Assembly: GCA_965219575.1 (NCBI GenBank)
Contig: OZ244779.1
Location: 96,001 to 160,000, forward strand
Length of the DNA stretch: 64,000 nucleotides
DNA from: Candidatus Oxydemutatoraceae bacterium
GTDB lineage: Bacteria; Pseudomonadota; Gammaproteobacteria; Poriferisulfidales; Oxydemutatoraceae
Reading direction: 5' to 3'
Position numbers and translations under genes: made by a program. The first letter of the stretch is position 1; the number at the start of each line of letters is the position of its first letter. This document shows positions 23,732 to 33,175 of the stretch, piece after piece. Below the pieces are notes generated by a model. That model was not told the origin of the DNA, made no database searches, and saw only the letters and a list, made by a program, of their open reading frames with translations.

Positions 23732-23758
23732 TTGACAGCCCCCCCCCCATGCTAAATT
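23732..23758 (+). promoter_or_regulatory. Sigma70 promoter with a C10 tract in the spacer
   Basis: TTGACA-G-C10-ATGC-TAAATT, 15-nt spacer, TGn extended -10. Confidence 0.75.
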
Positions 23759-23824
23759 CCCTATTTTTAATTAATAAAACATAAGACTGTTAAAGTTTAT
23801 AGTAATCAACAAAGGAGAAAGGAA

Positions 23825-24871
23825 ATGATGTATTGGGCAATGCGTACTTACAGAAAATCAGAAAAGCATACTTACAAAAAAGCGGCAGAGCTGCGCAAAT
23901 TCCTTGCTAACGAATTATTCTCAAAGGGTCGGCTACGTCAAGGTTGGGGATGGGAACACGATCAGGACCTTCGCAAAATTCGAGAAATGTTGCGTAAGGG
24001 CAAGACGCTCAATGACGGACAGAACAAAGCTAACGGAAATCGATTTATGCTTGATGGCGACCCTTCACAACACATGAACGTCGGTGATATCGTTCTAGTG
24101 CCGAACATGCCGTACGACGGCACCTTCACGCTTTGCCGCATCACTGGCCCCTACGAATATGAAGTCTCAGAGCATGGTGAATTCGGTCATATTCTACCTG
24201 TTGAGGTGCTGACACTAAGTGGTGTTGCAAACAATCACGAACTGGTTGATGCTGGACTTCGCCAAAGCCTGCGATGTCTTCGCCGGAAATGGTGCATATC
24301 TCCTTACTCCGACTGTCTGGAGGCGATAATCCAGAGCAATCTTTCTGCCGAATCCCTTGCACAGGGCGTCACGGCAGCGGAGCGTACCGACAGCCTTGTT
24401 TCTGAACTCATCACCGAACCAATTAACGTTATGGCGAGCGATCTCGCAGATAAGCTCCCCAAATTCCTTCAAGGTGCGGAATGGGAGACTGGCATCCTGT
24501 CCGCGTTGGAACCGTTGTTTCCGGCAACCGTTCGACACACTGGTGGCAGAAGCGAACAAGGCGCGGACTTGGAAGTCGTCATTTCCAACCCTTTTGACGA
24601 TAGTAAAAATTGGATAGTGCCGATTCAGGTCAAAGACCATTGGGGCACTGAAAGAAAGGGTGTTGTCCGCCAACTCGAAGAAGCCTATGATACGCGCTCC
24701 GAGAGAGGCATTGTCATTGCCGTGGTGCTCCTCGTAACCAGAGCAGAATCTTCCCCTGAATTGGAAGCGGAGATGTCTCGGTTAAGCGATGAAAAAGGCG
24801 TACCGTTCATATTCTGTAGCGGTGATGATTTGATGCAGATTCTCGCAAGGGGTTTCTTGAAGCGCATCTAG
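23825..24871 (+). CDS. Mrr-like PD-(D/E)xK restriction endonuclease
   Basis: C-terminal EQGADL...IQVK nuclease motif; N-terminal LRQGWG...GDIVLVP domain; AAGGAG RBS. Confidence 0.75.
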   Translation: MMYWAMRTYRKSEKHTYKKAAELRKFLANELFSKGRLRQGWGWEHDQDLRKIREMLRKGKTLNDGQNKANGNRFMLDGDPSQHMNVGDIVLVPNMPYDGTFTLCRITGPYEYEVSEHGEFGHILPVEVLTLSGVANNHELVDAGLRQSLRCLRRKWCISPYSDCLEAIIQSNLSAESLAQGVTAAERTDSLVSELITEPINVMASDLADKLPKFLQGAEWETGILSALEPLFPATVRHTGGRSEQGADLEVVISNPFDDSKNWIVPIQVKDHWGTERKGVVRQLEEAYDTRSERGIVIAVVLLVTRAESSPELEAEMSRLSDEKGVPFIFCSGDDLMQILARGFLKRI

Positions 24872-24997
24872 GCAACACGCTTATCCTTGGGCTGGTTGTC
24901 CGCAGACCCTTGGAGTTGAGTTTGGGCAAAACGATATTTTTCAGCATTCCCACATGTCTGCACTAGTTAAATTCCCCTCCTATGCACTTGCAAATGG

Positions 24998-25231
24998 TTA
25001 TGATGCCACCGCCAATACGACGCTCGCCAAGAATATACCTATAATTGAGGTCATCGCAACGATGCTTCCGATGAATAATGCAACACCCCATTTTGCGATG
25101 TCTGCTCTCAGTTCCGATTGGGCTGCTTTTATTTCAGCTATCTCGGATTTAACCTCAGCCTTAATCTCTGTGCGCATATTAACTATCATTTCGTATAGTT
25201 TTTCGTTGGTTATGTTCATATCTTTCTCCAT
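24998..25231 (-). CDS. Small coiled-coil membrane-anchored protein, copy 2 (18 aa shorter)
   Basis: MEKDMNITNEKLYEMIVNMRTE...KWGVALFIGS, as in copy 1. Confidence 0.75.
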   Translation of the reverse strand: MEKDMNITNEKLYEMIVNMRTEIKAEVKSEIAEIKAAQSELRADIAKWGVALFIGSIVAMTSIIGIFLASVVLAVAS

Positions 25232-25452
25232 ATTGAAATTATAAATAAATAGCCTGCTAAAGCAAGGCTTCGCTATAGATACTAATAGCACAAAGGCCTA
25301 TTAACGAGATTCGGCAAACCGACGAACGGTAGCAAATATTAGACAGACGGAGACATTAGCCCATTATTAGTGCCACATCCATAGCGAATTTTCATGCTGT
25401 AGCCTTCGTAAATAGACTAGGGCTTGATACGCCAAAATTATCAACCCAAAAT

Positions 25453-25485
25453 TTGACAGCCCCCCCCCCCCCCCCGTGCTATACT
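25453..25485 (+). promoter_or_regulatory. Sigma70 promoter with a C16 tract in the spacer
   Basis: TTGACA-G-C16-GTGC-TATACT, 21-nt spacer, TGn extended -10. Confidence 0.75.
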
Positions 25486-25550
25486 TCCGACTTTTAACTA
25501 ATAAAACACTAATAGTAATTCAAACCATATAAATAAGGAGAGAAAATAAA

Positions 25551-26438
25551 ATGGCGAAAATAAACCTTGCTCATTTGCTAGATATAAACTTGGATCAGTT
25601 GAACCAATACAAATTTCATGCTGCTGTATGGAATGGTTGGAAACATCCTTTGGATGATTTCATAAAAGATGGAAAAATTGCAGGTAGAGGAGACGATTCG
25701 CTTTGGTGGGGGTGGCAAGCCTATCATGAGGAAGGAAAGAAAGATAGGTGGACACGTCAATACATTGTGTCGTTCATGCAATTTTACCCTGAAGGCATAA
25801 AAATGTGGTTATTCGGCGGTATATTTGAGGTGAAGGGGAAAAGAGAGGATGGTTATTATGATGTACATTTAACAGACAAAGGAAAAGAATGGATTGGTCG
25901 CTTAAAAGTTTCTTATCCGGAACCTAAAAGACAAAGATATCCATATTTAGAGAATGTTTATGATGATCTCGAATTTAGTGAGATGCTAAAAGTACGATAT
26001 TCTGGTGCAATCTTCCCTGGCTATGAAAATGTTAGTCTGAAATTTGATGAACTTGAGTTTATCGTCAATGCCAATAAAGAGGACTGGAAAAACACTTTAT
26101 CCTCTGTCAAAGGCATTTACGTTATTTTTGATAAAGAGACTGGCAAAAAATATGTAGGTTCAGCCTACGGAGAGAATGGAATTTGGGGTAGATGGTGTCA
26201 ATATGTGGAGCATCTTCACGGCGGTAACAAAGAACTAAAAAAACTCCTTGAAGGCGATAGCCTGCAGGAAATATTTCAAAAAGAAGATTCTAGAGATTAT
26301 GTAAGAAAAAATTTTAGATTCACGATGATTGAATGGACATCTTACAAAAACAAAACCGACGACTCATACATCATAGGACGAGAGAACTTTTGGAAAGAAG
26401 CACTTCTGAGCCGCGAGTTTGGATATAACGCAAATTGA
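25551..26438 (+). CDS. GIY-YIG nuclease family protein
   Basis: GIYVIFDKETGKKYVGSAYG..GIWGRW..Y...HGGNKEL...RENFWK...GYNAN; AT-rich; AAGGAG RBS. Confidence 0.88.
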   Translation: MAKINLAHLLDINLDQLNQYKFHAAVWNGWKHPLDDFIKDGKIAGRGDDSLWWGWQAYHEEGKKDRWTRQYIVSFMQFYPEGIKMWLFGGIFEVKGKREDGYYDVHLTDKGKEWIGRLKVSYPEPKRQRYPYLENVYDDLEFSEMLKVRYSGAIFPGYENVSLKFDELEFIVNANKEDWKNTLSSVKGIYVIFDKETGKKYVGSAYGENGIWGRWCQYVEHLHGGNKELKKLLEGDSLQEIFQKEDSRDYVRKNFRFTMIEWTSYKNKTDDSYIIGRENFWKEALLSREFGYNAN

Positions 26439-26579
26439 TTAAACCAACATACAATTAAAAAGGGACATTTTTAGGCAACCTTCCCAATATTGCACTTTCA
26501 CACTTACTAATCCCTACACATAAAATTAAATAGTAGCGTTTTGTCTCCCGATTTCGTTATTAGCATCGGAGGGTAGTAT

Positions 26580-27098
26580 TTACTGCCCCCTTGTCATTGC
26601 CAAATAAACCTGCGCTAACAGATGCGCATCTGTCAATGCGCCGTGCAGCTTGCGGTGGCTGTTATCAATCCCATAACGGCGGCACAACGCATCTAGTGTT
26701 CTGGGTTGTAAATGTCGTCTTTTAGCCATTTTCAGTGTGTCGGCAACAGTACATCGGGCTTCTGCGATAAACTTTTTGCGGTTCAAAAGTTGCAGTTCGC
26801 TGTCTAAAAAACTTAAATCAAACCGCGCATTGTGTATCAAAATTTGCGCACCTCGTACAAAAGATATAAGTTCATCACAAATGTCTGCGAACAACGGACT
26901 ATCTTTTAGCATCTTCCATGTATAGCCATGGATTTTTGTTGCATCTCTGTCTACTTTGCGTTGGGGATTTATCGTAGTATGGAAACTACGCTCCGTGATA
27001 GTACGGCCTACGATCTCAACACAAGCAACCTCTAAAATCCGATGCCCCTCTTGCGGATCCAATCCGGTGGTCTCGGTATCTAGAGCGATTTGTCTCAT
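26580..27098 (-). CDS. dnaQ: DNA polymerase III epsilon-type 3'-5' exonuclease (short form)
   Basis: LDTETTG, IHNARFD, LDALCRRYGIDNSHRKLHGALTDA; the protein stops at MTRGQ. Confidence 0.88.
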   Translation of the reverse strand: MRQIALDTETTGLDPQEGHRILEVACVEIVGRTITERSFHTTINPQRKVDRDATKIHGYTWKMLKDSPLFADICDELISFVRGAQILIHNARFDLSFLDSELQLLNRKKFIAEARCTVADTLKMAKRRHLQPRTLDALCRRYGIDNSHRKLHGALTDAHLLAQVYLAMTRGQ

Positions 27099-27352
27099 TG
27101 CTAACTCCTGTCTATTATTCTCGTGTGCCTTATTGAACGCTCATTATAAAAATTGCAATCACTCTGTCAATCCTAATGACGTTCCCTCATTTTTATGCCA
27201 CCCCATGTAAAGGTTTTACATTCTACAATATGGACTAAGATTTTGTACGATATTACGCCGATTGACCCACTGGCTCAATCGGCGTTTCTATTGCGCCTGC
27301 CATTCTTCCGAAGGAGGGGAATGTACCAGCACTGTACTTATGCAGACCATTA

Positions 27353-27607
27353 CGGGCTGTTGAAAAAGTATCGCCGGCGTGCAACCGTAACCGCTTGCGC
27401 CGTGAATTTATAATAACCACCAAGCCGTAGGGGCAGACCTGTGTGTCTGCCCTTAAGTACCGTTCTGCACGACACCAACCGCTTGCGCCGTATAGTTTTG
27501 GTTTCCATAAATTGAATGGATGAATGTATAAATCGTGCCGGCCAACGCGTTACGGGCGGACATGTTAGTCCGCCCCTACGGTTCGTGGATACTTTTTCAA
27601 CAGCCCC
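27353..27607. mobile_element. MITE family A copy flanked by hairpin family B
   Basis: TIRs and two REPs; flanked by GCGCCTGCCA..CCGAAGGAGGGGAATG units at 27293-27324 and 27633-27663. Confidence 0.88.
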
Positions 27608-27734
27608 CATTAGCAACCACCCCGTCAGGCTGCGCCTGCCATTCTTCCGAAGGAGGGGAATGGACCGACACTATAATTATGCAGATACGCCACGGCTGCC
27701 TTTCCACAGGAGGGGAAACGGCTCGCTCCTATAA

Positions 27735-28751
27735 ATGGTATATAATATGCTTTTAGTGAAACAGACGACTAAAAACCTTTCTCCTACAACCCGCCTACAA
27801 CTTAATAAACAAGGCGAGCTAAGACATTTCCTGTGTATAGCGGGACTTTCTCAAAGTTTATTAAAAAGATTATTCAACACTGCCACTTCGTTCATTCAAG
27901 AAAAGAACTCGGTGGTTAAGAAAGTGCCTTTGCTGCGCGCCAAAACCGTTGCCAATCTTTTTTTTGAGAGTAGTACCCGCACCCGTTCCACTTTTGAACT
28001 TGCGGCAAAACGATTGTCTGCCGATGTGCTCAATTTGAATACGAGCGTTGCCGCGGTTCAAAAAGGCGAGTCGTTATTGGATACCTTAAAAAGTCTGGAA
28101 GCCATGAATGTGGATATCTTCGTCGTCCGACACAGCGACAGCGGTGCTGCGCAGTTTATTGCTCGGAACATAAAAAAGGGTGTTGCCGTAATCAACGCCG
28201 GCGACGGTAGCCATGCGCACCCCACGCAAGCCTTATTGGATATGTATACCATCATGCAACATAAACCGGATTTAGCGTCGCTCAATATTGCGATCATCGG
28301 GGACATAAGACATTCTCGGGTGGCGCGCTCGCAAATCTCAATACTCAAAACAATGGGGGTTAAAAATATCCGCTTGATCGGTCCCACAACTTTGTTGCCG
28401 TCGTTTGCCGAAAAACTGGAAGGGCAGGTTTTTCATACCGTAGAAGAGGGTGTCTCAGGTGCCGATGTCATTATCGTATTGCGTCTGCAAAAAGAGCGTA
28501 TGCAGGGTGGTTTCCTCCCCAGCATGAACGAGTATTATCATTGTTACGGGATGACTATAGAGCGCCTCAAGCTCGCCGCACCCGACGCTATGGTGATGCA
28601 CCCGGGACCTATCAACCGCGGGGTTGAAATCAGTTCTTTGGTTGCCGACGGGCATCAATCGGTCATACTAGAGCAGGTAACCTACGGCATTGCGATTAGG
28701 ATGGCAGTTATGTCTCATGTGGTCAGCGGACAAATGCAGGAGGTTCTCTGA
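27735..28751 (+). CDS. pyrB: Aspartate carbamoyltransferase catalytic subunit
   Basis: [41 protein letters not shown]. Confidence 0.97.
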   Translation: MVYNMLLVKQTTKNLSPTTRLQLNKQGELRHFLCIAGLSQSLLKRLFNTATSFIQEKNSVVKKVPLLRAKTVANLFFESSTRTRSTFELAAKRLSADVLNLNTSVAAVQKGESLLDTLKSLEAMNVDIFVVRHSDSGAAQFIARNIKKGVAVINAGDGSHAHPTQALLDMYTIMQHKPDLASLNIAIIGDIRHSRVARSQISILKTMGVKNIRLIGPTTLLPSFAEKLEGQVFHTVEEGVSGADVIIVLRLQKERMQGGFLPSMNEYYHCYGMTIERLKLAAPDAMVMHPGPINRGVEISSLVADGHQSVILEQVTYGIAIRMAVMSHVVSGQMQEVL

Positions 28752-30037
28752 TGAATCTACTGATTAAAAATGCTCGCTTGCTTAATACGGAGAAAGCACC
28801 TGCCCCCCCAACCGATATTGCTATTCGGCAAGGTGCTATAGAAGTTATAGGTGAAGTGCCTGCGAATTTTGTTGCCGAGCGTACCATCGATGCCAAAGGT
28901 TTATCGGCAATTCCCGGTTTAGTCGACTTGAGCGTTTATCTACGAGACCCAGGCTTCGAATACAAAGCGACGATCGCATCGGAAACCAGAGCGGCAGCGG
29001 CAGGTGGTGTTACCACATTGTGTTGTATGCCCGACACCGAACCCAGAATAGATTCGGCATCCACCGTTGAACTGATACAAAAGCGGGCGCACGATGCCGA
29101 TTTCTGCAAGGTTTTGACTATAGGTGCGATGACGAGAAAGCTGGCAGGACTAGAACTCAGCGAGATGGCTGCGCTCAAAGAGGCGGGCTGCGTTGCAGTG
29201 AGTCATTGCCACTATCCGTTTGCCAATGCTTTGATATTGCGGCGTGCAATGGAGTATGCGTCCGGGCTGGGCTTGAAGCTATTTATACAACCTTTTGATA
29301 AGTCTCTGGCGATGAACGGTTGCGCCCACGAAGGTGCTTTGGCATTGCGTTTGGGGTTGGCAGGCATTCCGGCAGCATCCGAAACCGCGATTTTAAGCCA
29401 ATGTATAGAAATTGCCGAAGACTTGGATGTGGCAGTGCATTTCTGTCGTCTCTCGTGTGCGCGCTCGGTAGAACTGGTTGCCACTGCACAAGCACGGGGT
29501 TTGGCAATCAGTGCCGATGTGAGTGCGCATCAACTCTTTCTAAGTGAGGAGATGCTGATACACTTTGATCCCAATTACCATGTATTGCCGCCGTTGCGTA
29601 GCGAGCAAGATCGCAACGCATTGCGCGCCGCGATTCAAGACGGCACGATCTCTGCAATATGCTCCGACCACCAACCGCACGATATCAGTGCCAAATTGGT
29701 GCCTTTCCCGTCCAGCGAACCGGGCATCTCTGCGATAGAAACTTTGCTCCCCCTAGCACTGCGCTTGGTCGACGAAAATGTCGTTGATTTGACAAAAGCG
29801 ATTGACTTGCTAACCCGAGGTCCGGCGGCGGTGCTTAATTGGGGTTGCGGCACATTGCAGAAAGGTGGGGTTGCGGATCTTTGTCTGGTTGATTTAGATG
29901 AGAAGTGGACTTTGTCGGCGCAGCATCTGTATAGTAGTGGCACCAATTCGCCTTTTGTCGGTGAAACATTCAAAGGGCGTATACATTACACAATATGCAA
30001 CGGCAAAGTGAGTTATGAGTCCAAGTCCTCCCGATAA
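28751..30037 (+). CDS. pyrC: Dihydroorotase-like protein, probably the inactive PyrC' ATCase scaffold
   Basis: AAAAGGVTT, PPLRS, ICSDHQPH; the metal-binding HxH is replaced by DLSVYLR. Confidence 0.85.
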   Translation: MNLLIKNARLLNTEKAPAPPTDIAIRQGAIEVIGEVPANFVAERTIDAKGLSAIPGLVDLSVYLRDPGFEYKATIASETRAAAAGGVTTLCCMPDTEPRIDSASTVELIQKRAHDADFCKVLTIGAMTRKLAGLELSEMAALKEAGCVAVSHCHYPFANALILRRAMEYASGLGLKLFIQPFDKSLAMNGCAHEGALALRLGLAGIPAASETAILSQCIEIAEDLDVAVHFCRLSCARSVELVATAQARGLAISADVSAHQLFLSEEMLIHFDPNYHVLPPLRSEQDRNALRAAIQDGTISAICSDHQPHDISAKLVPFPSSEPGISAIETLLPLALRLVDENVVDLTKAIDLLTRGPAAVLNWGCGTLQKGGVADLCLVDLDEKWTLSAQHLYSSGTNSPFVGETFKGRIHYTICNGKVSYESKSSR

Positions 30038-30902
30038 ACGCGCAACCATCTTTGTTGAACAAGCAAAGGTGCTCAATCATACCGCATATCCTGCACAGCA
30101 ATATCGTATGATTTTACATGCGCCGCGTTGTGCGGAGACTGCGCGCCCCGGCAATTTCGTACATCTGCGCTGTAGCGAGACATTGGCAATGAGGCGACCG
30201 TATTCAATTATGTCGGTATCAAGGCAGCAAGGTCATATAGAACTGCTATACAAAGTGGTCGGCAAAGGCGGTGAGGCACTATCGCAAAAACGAACCGGCG
30301 ACGAGGTCAATCTTCTAGGACCCATAGGTAATTGTTTTACACCGCACCGACAGCGTCCCGAATTATTACTGCTGGGCGGCGGAGTCGGTATCCCGCCGAT
30401 ATTTTTCTTGGCACGACAAATCAAACAAGATAAGGTTTATAAACCTTTGGTCATGGTTGCTTCGGAGGTTCCTTTTCCCTTTGAGTTAAAACCCTCGCAG
30501 TTGCAGGTGTCGGAAATAAGCCTCGATTGTCATCTCGCTTTGGCGGAACTTGAGGCATCGGGCATTGCGTCTCGGCTGGCAAGTGGGCGCAAAAAACAAG
30601 GGTGCTTTGACGGCTACATAGATGCCTTTGCGCGCACCTATTTGGAAAAAATATCTCGGCAAAGACTAGCGCGCACTGAGCTATTCGCTTGCGGTCCCGA
30701 AGCCATGCTAAAAAGCGTCGCCGAACTTTCTGCCGAGTTCAAGGTGCCGTGTCAAATTGCGGTGGAGGAGTATATGGCATGCGGTGTAGGCGGATGCGCC
30801 GGCTGTACGATTGCAGTTCGGCAAAACGGCAAAAACGAGATGAAGCGCGTGTGTGTGGACGGCCCGGTATTTAACGCAAACCAATTAGTGGGCTTTGTCT
30901 GA
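30015..30902 (+). CDS. pyrK: Dihydroorotate dehydrogenase electron transfer subunit
   Basis: RRPYSI, GGGVGIPP, ACGPEAM, MACGVGGCAGC...VCVDGPVF. Confidence 0.88.
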   Translation: MSPSPPDKRATIFVEQAKVLNHTAYPAQQYRMILHAPRCAETARPGNFVHLRCSETLAMRRPYSIMSVSRQQGHIELLYKVVGKGGEALSQKRTGDEVNLLGPIGNCFTPHRQRPELLLLGGGVGIPPIFFLARQIKQDKVYKPLVMVASEVPFPFELKPSQLQVSEISLDCHLALAELEASGIASRLASGRKKQGCFDGYIDAFARTYLEKISRQRLARTELFACGPEAMLKSVAELSAEFKVPCQIAVEEYMACGVGGCAGCTIAVRQNGKNEMKRVCVDGPVFNANQLVGFV

Positions 30903-31587
30903 ACATCGGCATATCCGCACCAACCTGTTGCTCGTGCGGGCAGCGATAGCACAAGCCGAAGCACACGCGTACCGTCCTCAAGGCAGCGTGCGTTTGCTCG
31001 CAGTCAGCAAAACCAAAAGCGTCTCCGAGATTTGCGCTGCACTCGATGCCGGACAGTACGATTTCGGGGAAAACTACTTGCAGGAGGCACTGAGCAAAAT
31101 TGAACAGCTTAAAGACGAGAAAATCCGTTGGCATTTTATAGGTTCTATACAAAGCAATAAAGCCCGCGATATTGCCCGGCATTTTGATTGGGTGCATAGC
31201 ATAGAAAAAATCTCTATTGCGCAGCGCATAGCTCGTCTACGCCCGGCGACATTACCGCCGCTCAATATATGTATACAAGTGAATATAGACCGAGAACAGA
31301 GTAAGTCGGGCTGTAGCATTACACAGGTGCATGCCTTAGCAGATCAAATCGCACAACTGCCACAGCTTGAACTACGCGGTCTAATGGCTATTCCCAAACC
31401 TACCTCGGATACGCAACTTCAATATGAGACATTTGTAGAATTGCATACCCTATTTGAACAAATGAAACCCCGATATAAAAATTTTGACACACTCTCCGCC
31501 GGTATGAGCGGCGATTTTGAACAGGCGATTAAAGCGGGGGCTACACTGATCCGTATCGGCACCGCAATCTTCGGACCTCGCAAATAA
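30895..31587 (+). CDS. yggS: PLP homeostasis protein YggS
   Basis: LAVSKTK, FGENYLQE, WHFIGSIQSNK, RIGTAIFG. Confidence 0.95.
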   Translation: MSEHRHIRTNLLLVRAAIAQAEAHAYRPQGSVRLLAVSKTKSVSEICAALDAGQYDFGENYLQEALSKIEQLKDEKIRWHFIGSIQSNKARDIARHFDWVHSIEKISIAQRIARLRPATLPPLNICIQVNIDREQSKSGCSITQVHALADQIAQLPQLELRGLMAIPKPTSDTQLQYETFVELHTLFEQMKPRYKNFDTLSAGMSGDFEQAIKAGATLIRIGTAIFGPRK

Positions 31588-31770
31588 GATGTTGACATCG
31601 GCCCATTTTTAGGACCACCCCGTGGAAAGGTTTTACATTTTGTACCATGTGTTAAAGTTCTGCACAACGTTACGCCGATTAACCTACTGGCTTAATCGGC
31701 GGTTCTATTGCGCCTGCCACCCCTCCAAAGGAGGGGAATGTACCGACATTGTACTTAGTGCAGACTCTTA

Positions 31771-32025
31771 GGGGCTGTTGAAAAAGTATCCACGAACCGT
31801 AGGGGCGGACTTGCATGTCCGCCCGTAACGCGTTATGCCTGCACGATTTATACATTCATTCATCCAATTTATGGAAACCAAAACCATATGGCGCAAGCGG
31901 TTGAGTTTGTACGGAACGGTACTTAAGGGCAGACACACAGGTCTGCCCTACGGCTTGGTGGTTATTATAAATTCACGGCGCAAGCGGTTACGCTTGCACG
32001 CTGACGATACTTTTTCAACAGCCTG
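31771..32025. mobile_element. MITE family A copy preceded by family C and B hairpins
   Basis: TIRs and two REPs; 31674-31740 holds hairpin C then hairpin B. Confidence 0.88.
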
Positions 32026-32100
32026 AAATTCGCCGGGAGGTCGGCAAATATATTTTGTGAAGTTCGGCAATTAAATCCTACAAACGGCTACAATAGCGAA

Positions 32101-33171
32101 ATGGCAGGCAATACGATAGGAAAGATTTTTACGGTCACCACATTCGGGGAAAGTCACGGTCCGGCAATCGGTGGAATTGTTGACGGTTGTCCGCCGCAGC
32201 TGGAATTGACCGAAGAGGATATACAAACCGATCTGGATCGTAGACGACCGGGGCAAAGTCGTTATACCAGTCAGCGACGAGAAACCGACCAAGTGCGTAT
32301 TTTGTCGGGTATCTTCGAGGGCAAAACAACCGGCACGCCGATTGGATTGCTGATAGAAAATGTAGACCAACGTTCACGAGATTACGAACAAATCAAGAAT
32401 AAGTTTCGTCCCGGCCATGCCGATTATACCTATCAAAAGAAATACGGCTTCAGGGATTATCGCGGGGGCGGTCGTTCTTCGGCACGCGAGACTGCGATGC
32501 GCGTTGCGGCGGGTGCAATTGCCAAAAAATACCTGCACCAACGCCACGGTATTACGATACGCGGTTGGCTGGCAAAAATAGGCACCTTAAACATAGAACC
32601 CGCAAACTTGAATGAAATCAACAACAACTGCTTTTTTAGTCCCGACCCCGAGCGCATCAAAGATATAGAGAAGTATATAGAGCGTCTGCGCCGTGAAGGT
32701 GACTCGGTGGGGGCACAGCTTCATATCACGGCGAGCAATATGGTTGCCGGCTGGGGAGAACCGGTCTTTGACAGGTTGGATGCCGACATTGCGCATGCGA
32801 TGATGAGCATCAACGCAGTCAAGGGTGTCTCGATCGGTGCCGGTTTCGATTGCGTGCAACAAACCGGTAGCGAGCATCGCGACGAGCTAACACCTCAAGG
32901 CTTCGTCGGGAATAACGCCGGCGGTGTTTTGGGCGGTATATCGAGCGGTCAGGATATCGCAGTCGATGTTGCTTTCAAGCCGACTTCGAGTATCCGCATC
33001 GCCGGCAACACGATAGACAAAGACGGCAATGCAAGCGAGATTATCACGACCGGGCGCCACGACCCGTGCGTGGGTATTCGCGCAGTACCGATAGCCGAAG
33101 CGATGTTGGCAATCGTGCTGATCGATCACTGTTTGCGCCACCGAGGGCAAAATTTCGACCTAAACGACTAA
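32101..33171 (+). CDS. aroC: Chorismate synthase
   Basis: [29 protein letters not shown]. Confidence 0.98.
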   Translation: MAGNTIGKIFTVTTFGESHGPAIGGIVDGCPPQLELTEEDIQTDLDRRRPGQSRYTSQRRETDQVRILSGIFEGKTTGTPIGLLIENVDQRSRDYEQIKNKFRPGHADYTYQKKYGFRDYRGGGRSSARETAMRVAAGAIAKKYLHQRHGITIRGWLAKIGTLNIEPANLNEINNNCFFSPDPERIKDIEKYIERLRREGDSVGAQLHITASNMVAGWGEPVFDRLDADIAHAMMSINAVKGVSIGAGFDCVQQTGSEHRDELTPQGFVGNNAGGVLGGISSGQDIAVDVAFKPTSSIRIAGNTIDKDGNASEIITTGRHDPCVGIRAVPIAEAMLAIVLIDHCLRHRGQNFDLND

Positions 33172-33175
33172 AGCG

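Larger units (their letters stand above)
23264..23824. repeat. Direct-repeat module copy 1 (coiled-coil gene + divergent promoter region)
   Basis: High similarity to 24997-25550. Confidence 0.9.
24997..25550. repeat. Direct-repeat module copy 2
   Basis: High similarity to 23264-23824, with a shorter coiled coil and extra sequence before the -35 box. Confidence 0.9.

Noticed and set aside
23264-25550. Diversity-generating retroelement TR/VR pair
   Set aside because: Differences are not adenine-specific, include indels, and no reverse transcriptase is present.
28751-30037. pyrC lacking the HxH motif as a pseudogene or novelty
   Set aside because: An inactive PyrC' next to pyrB is established, for example in Pseudomonas, and the ORF is intact.
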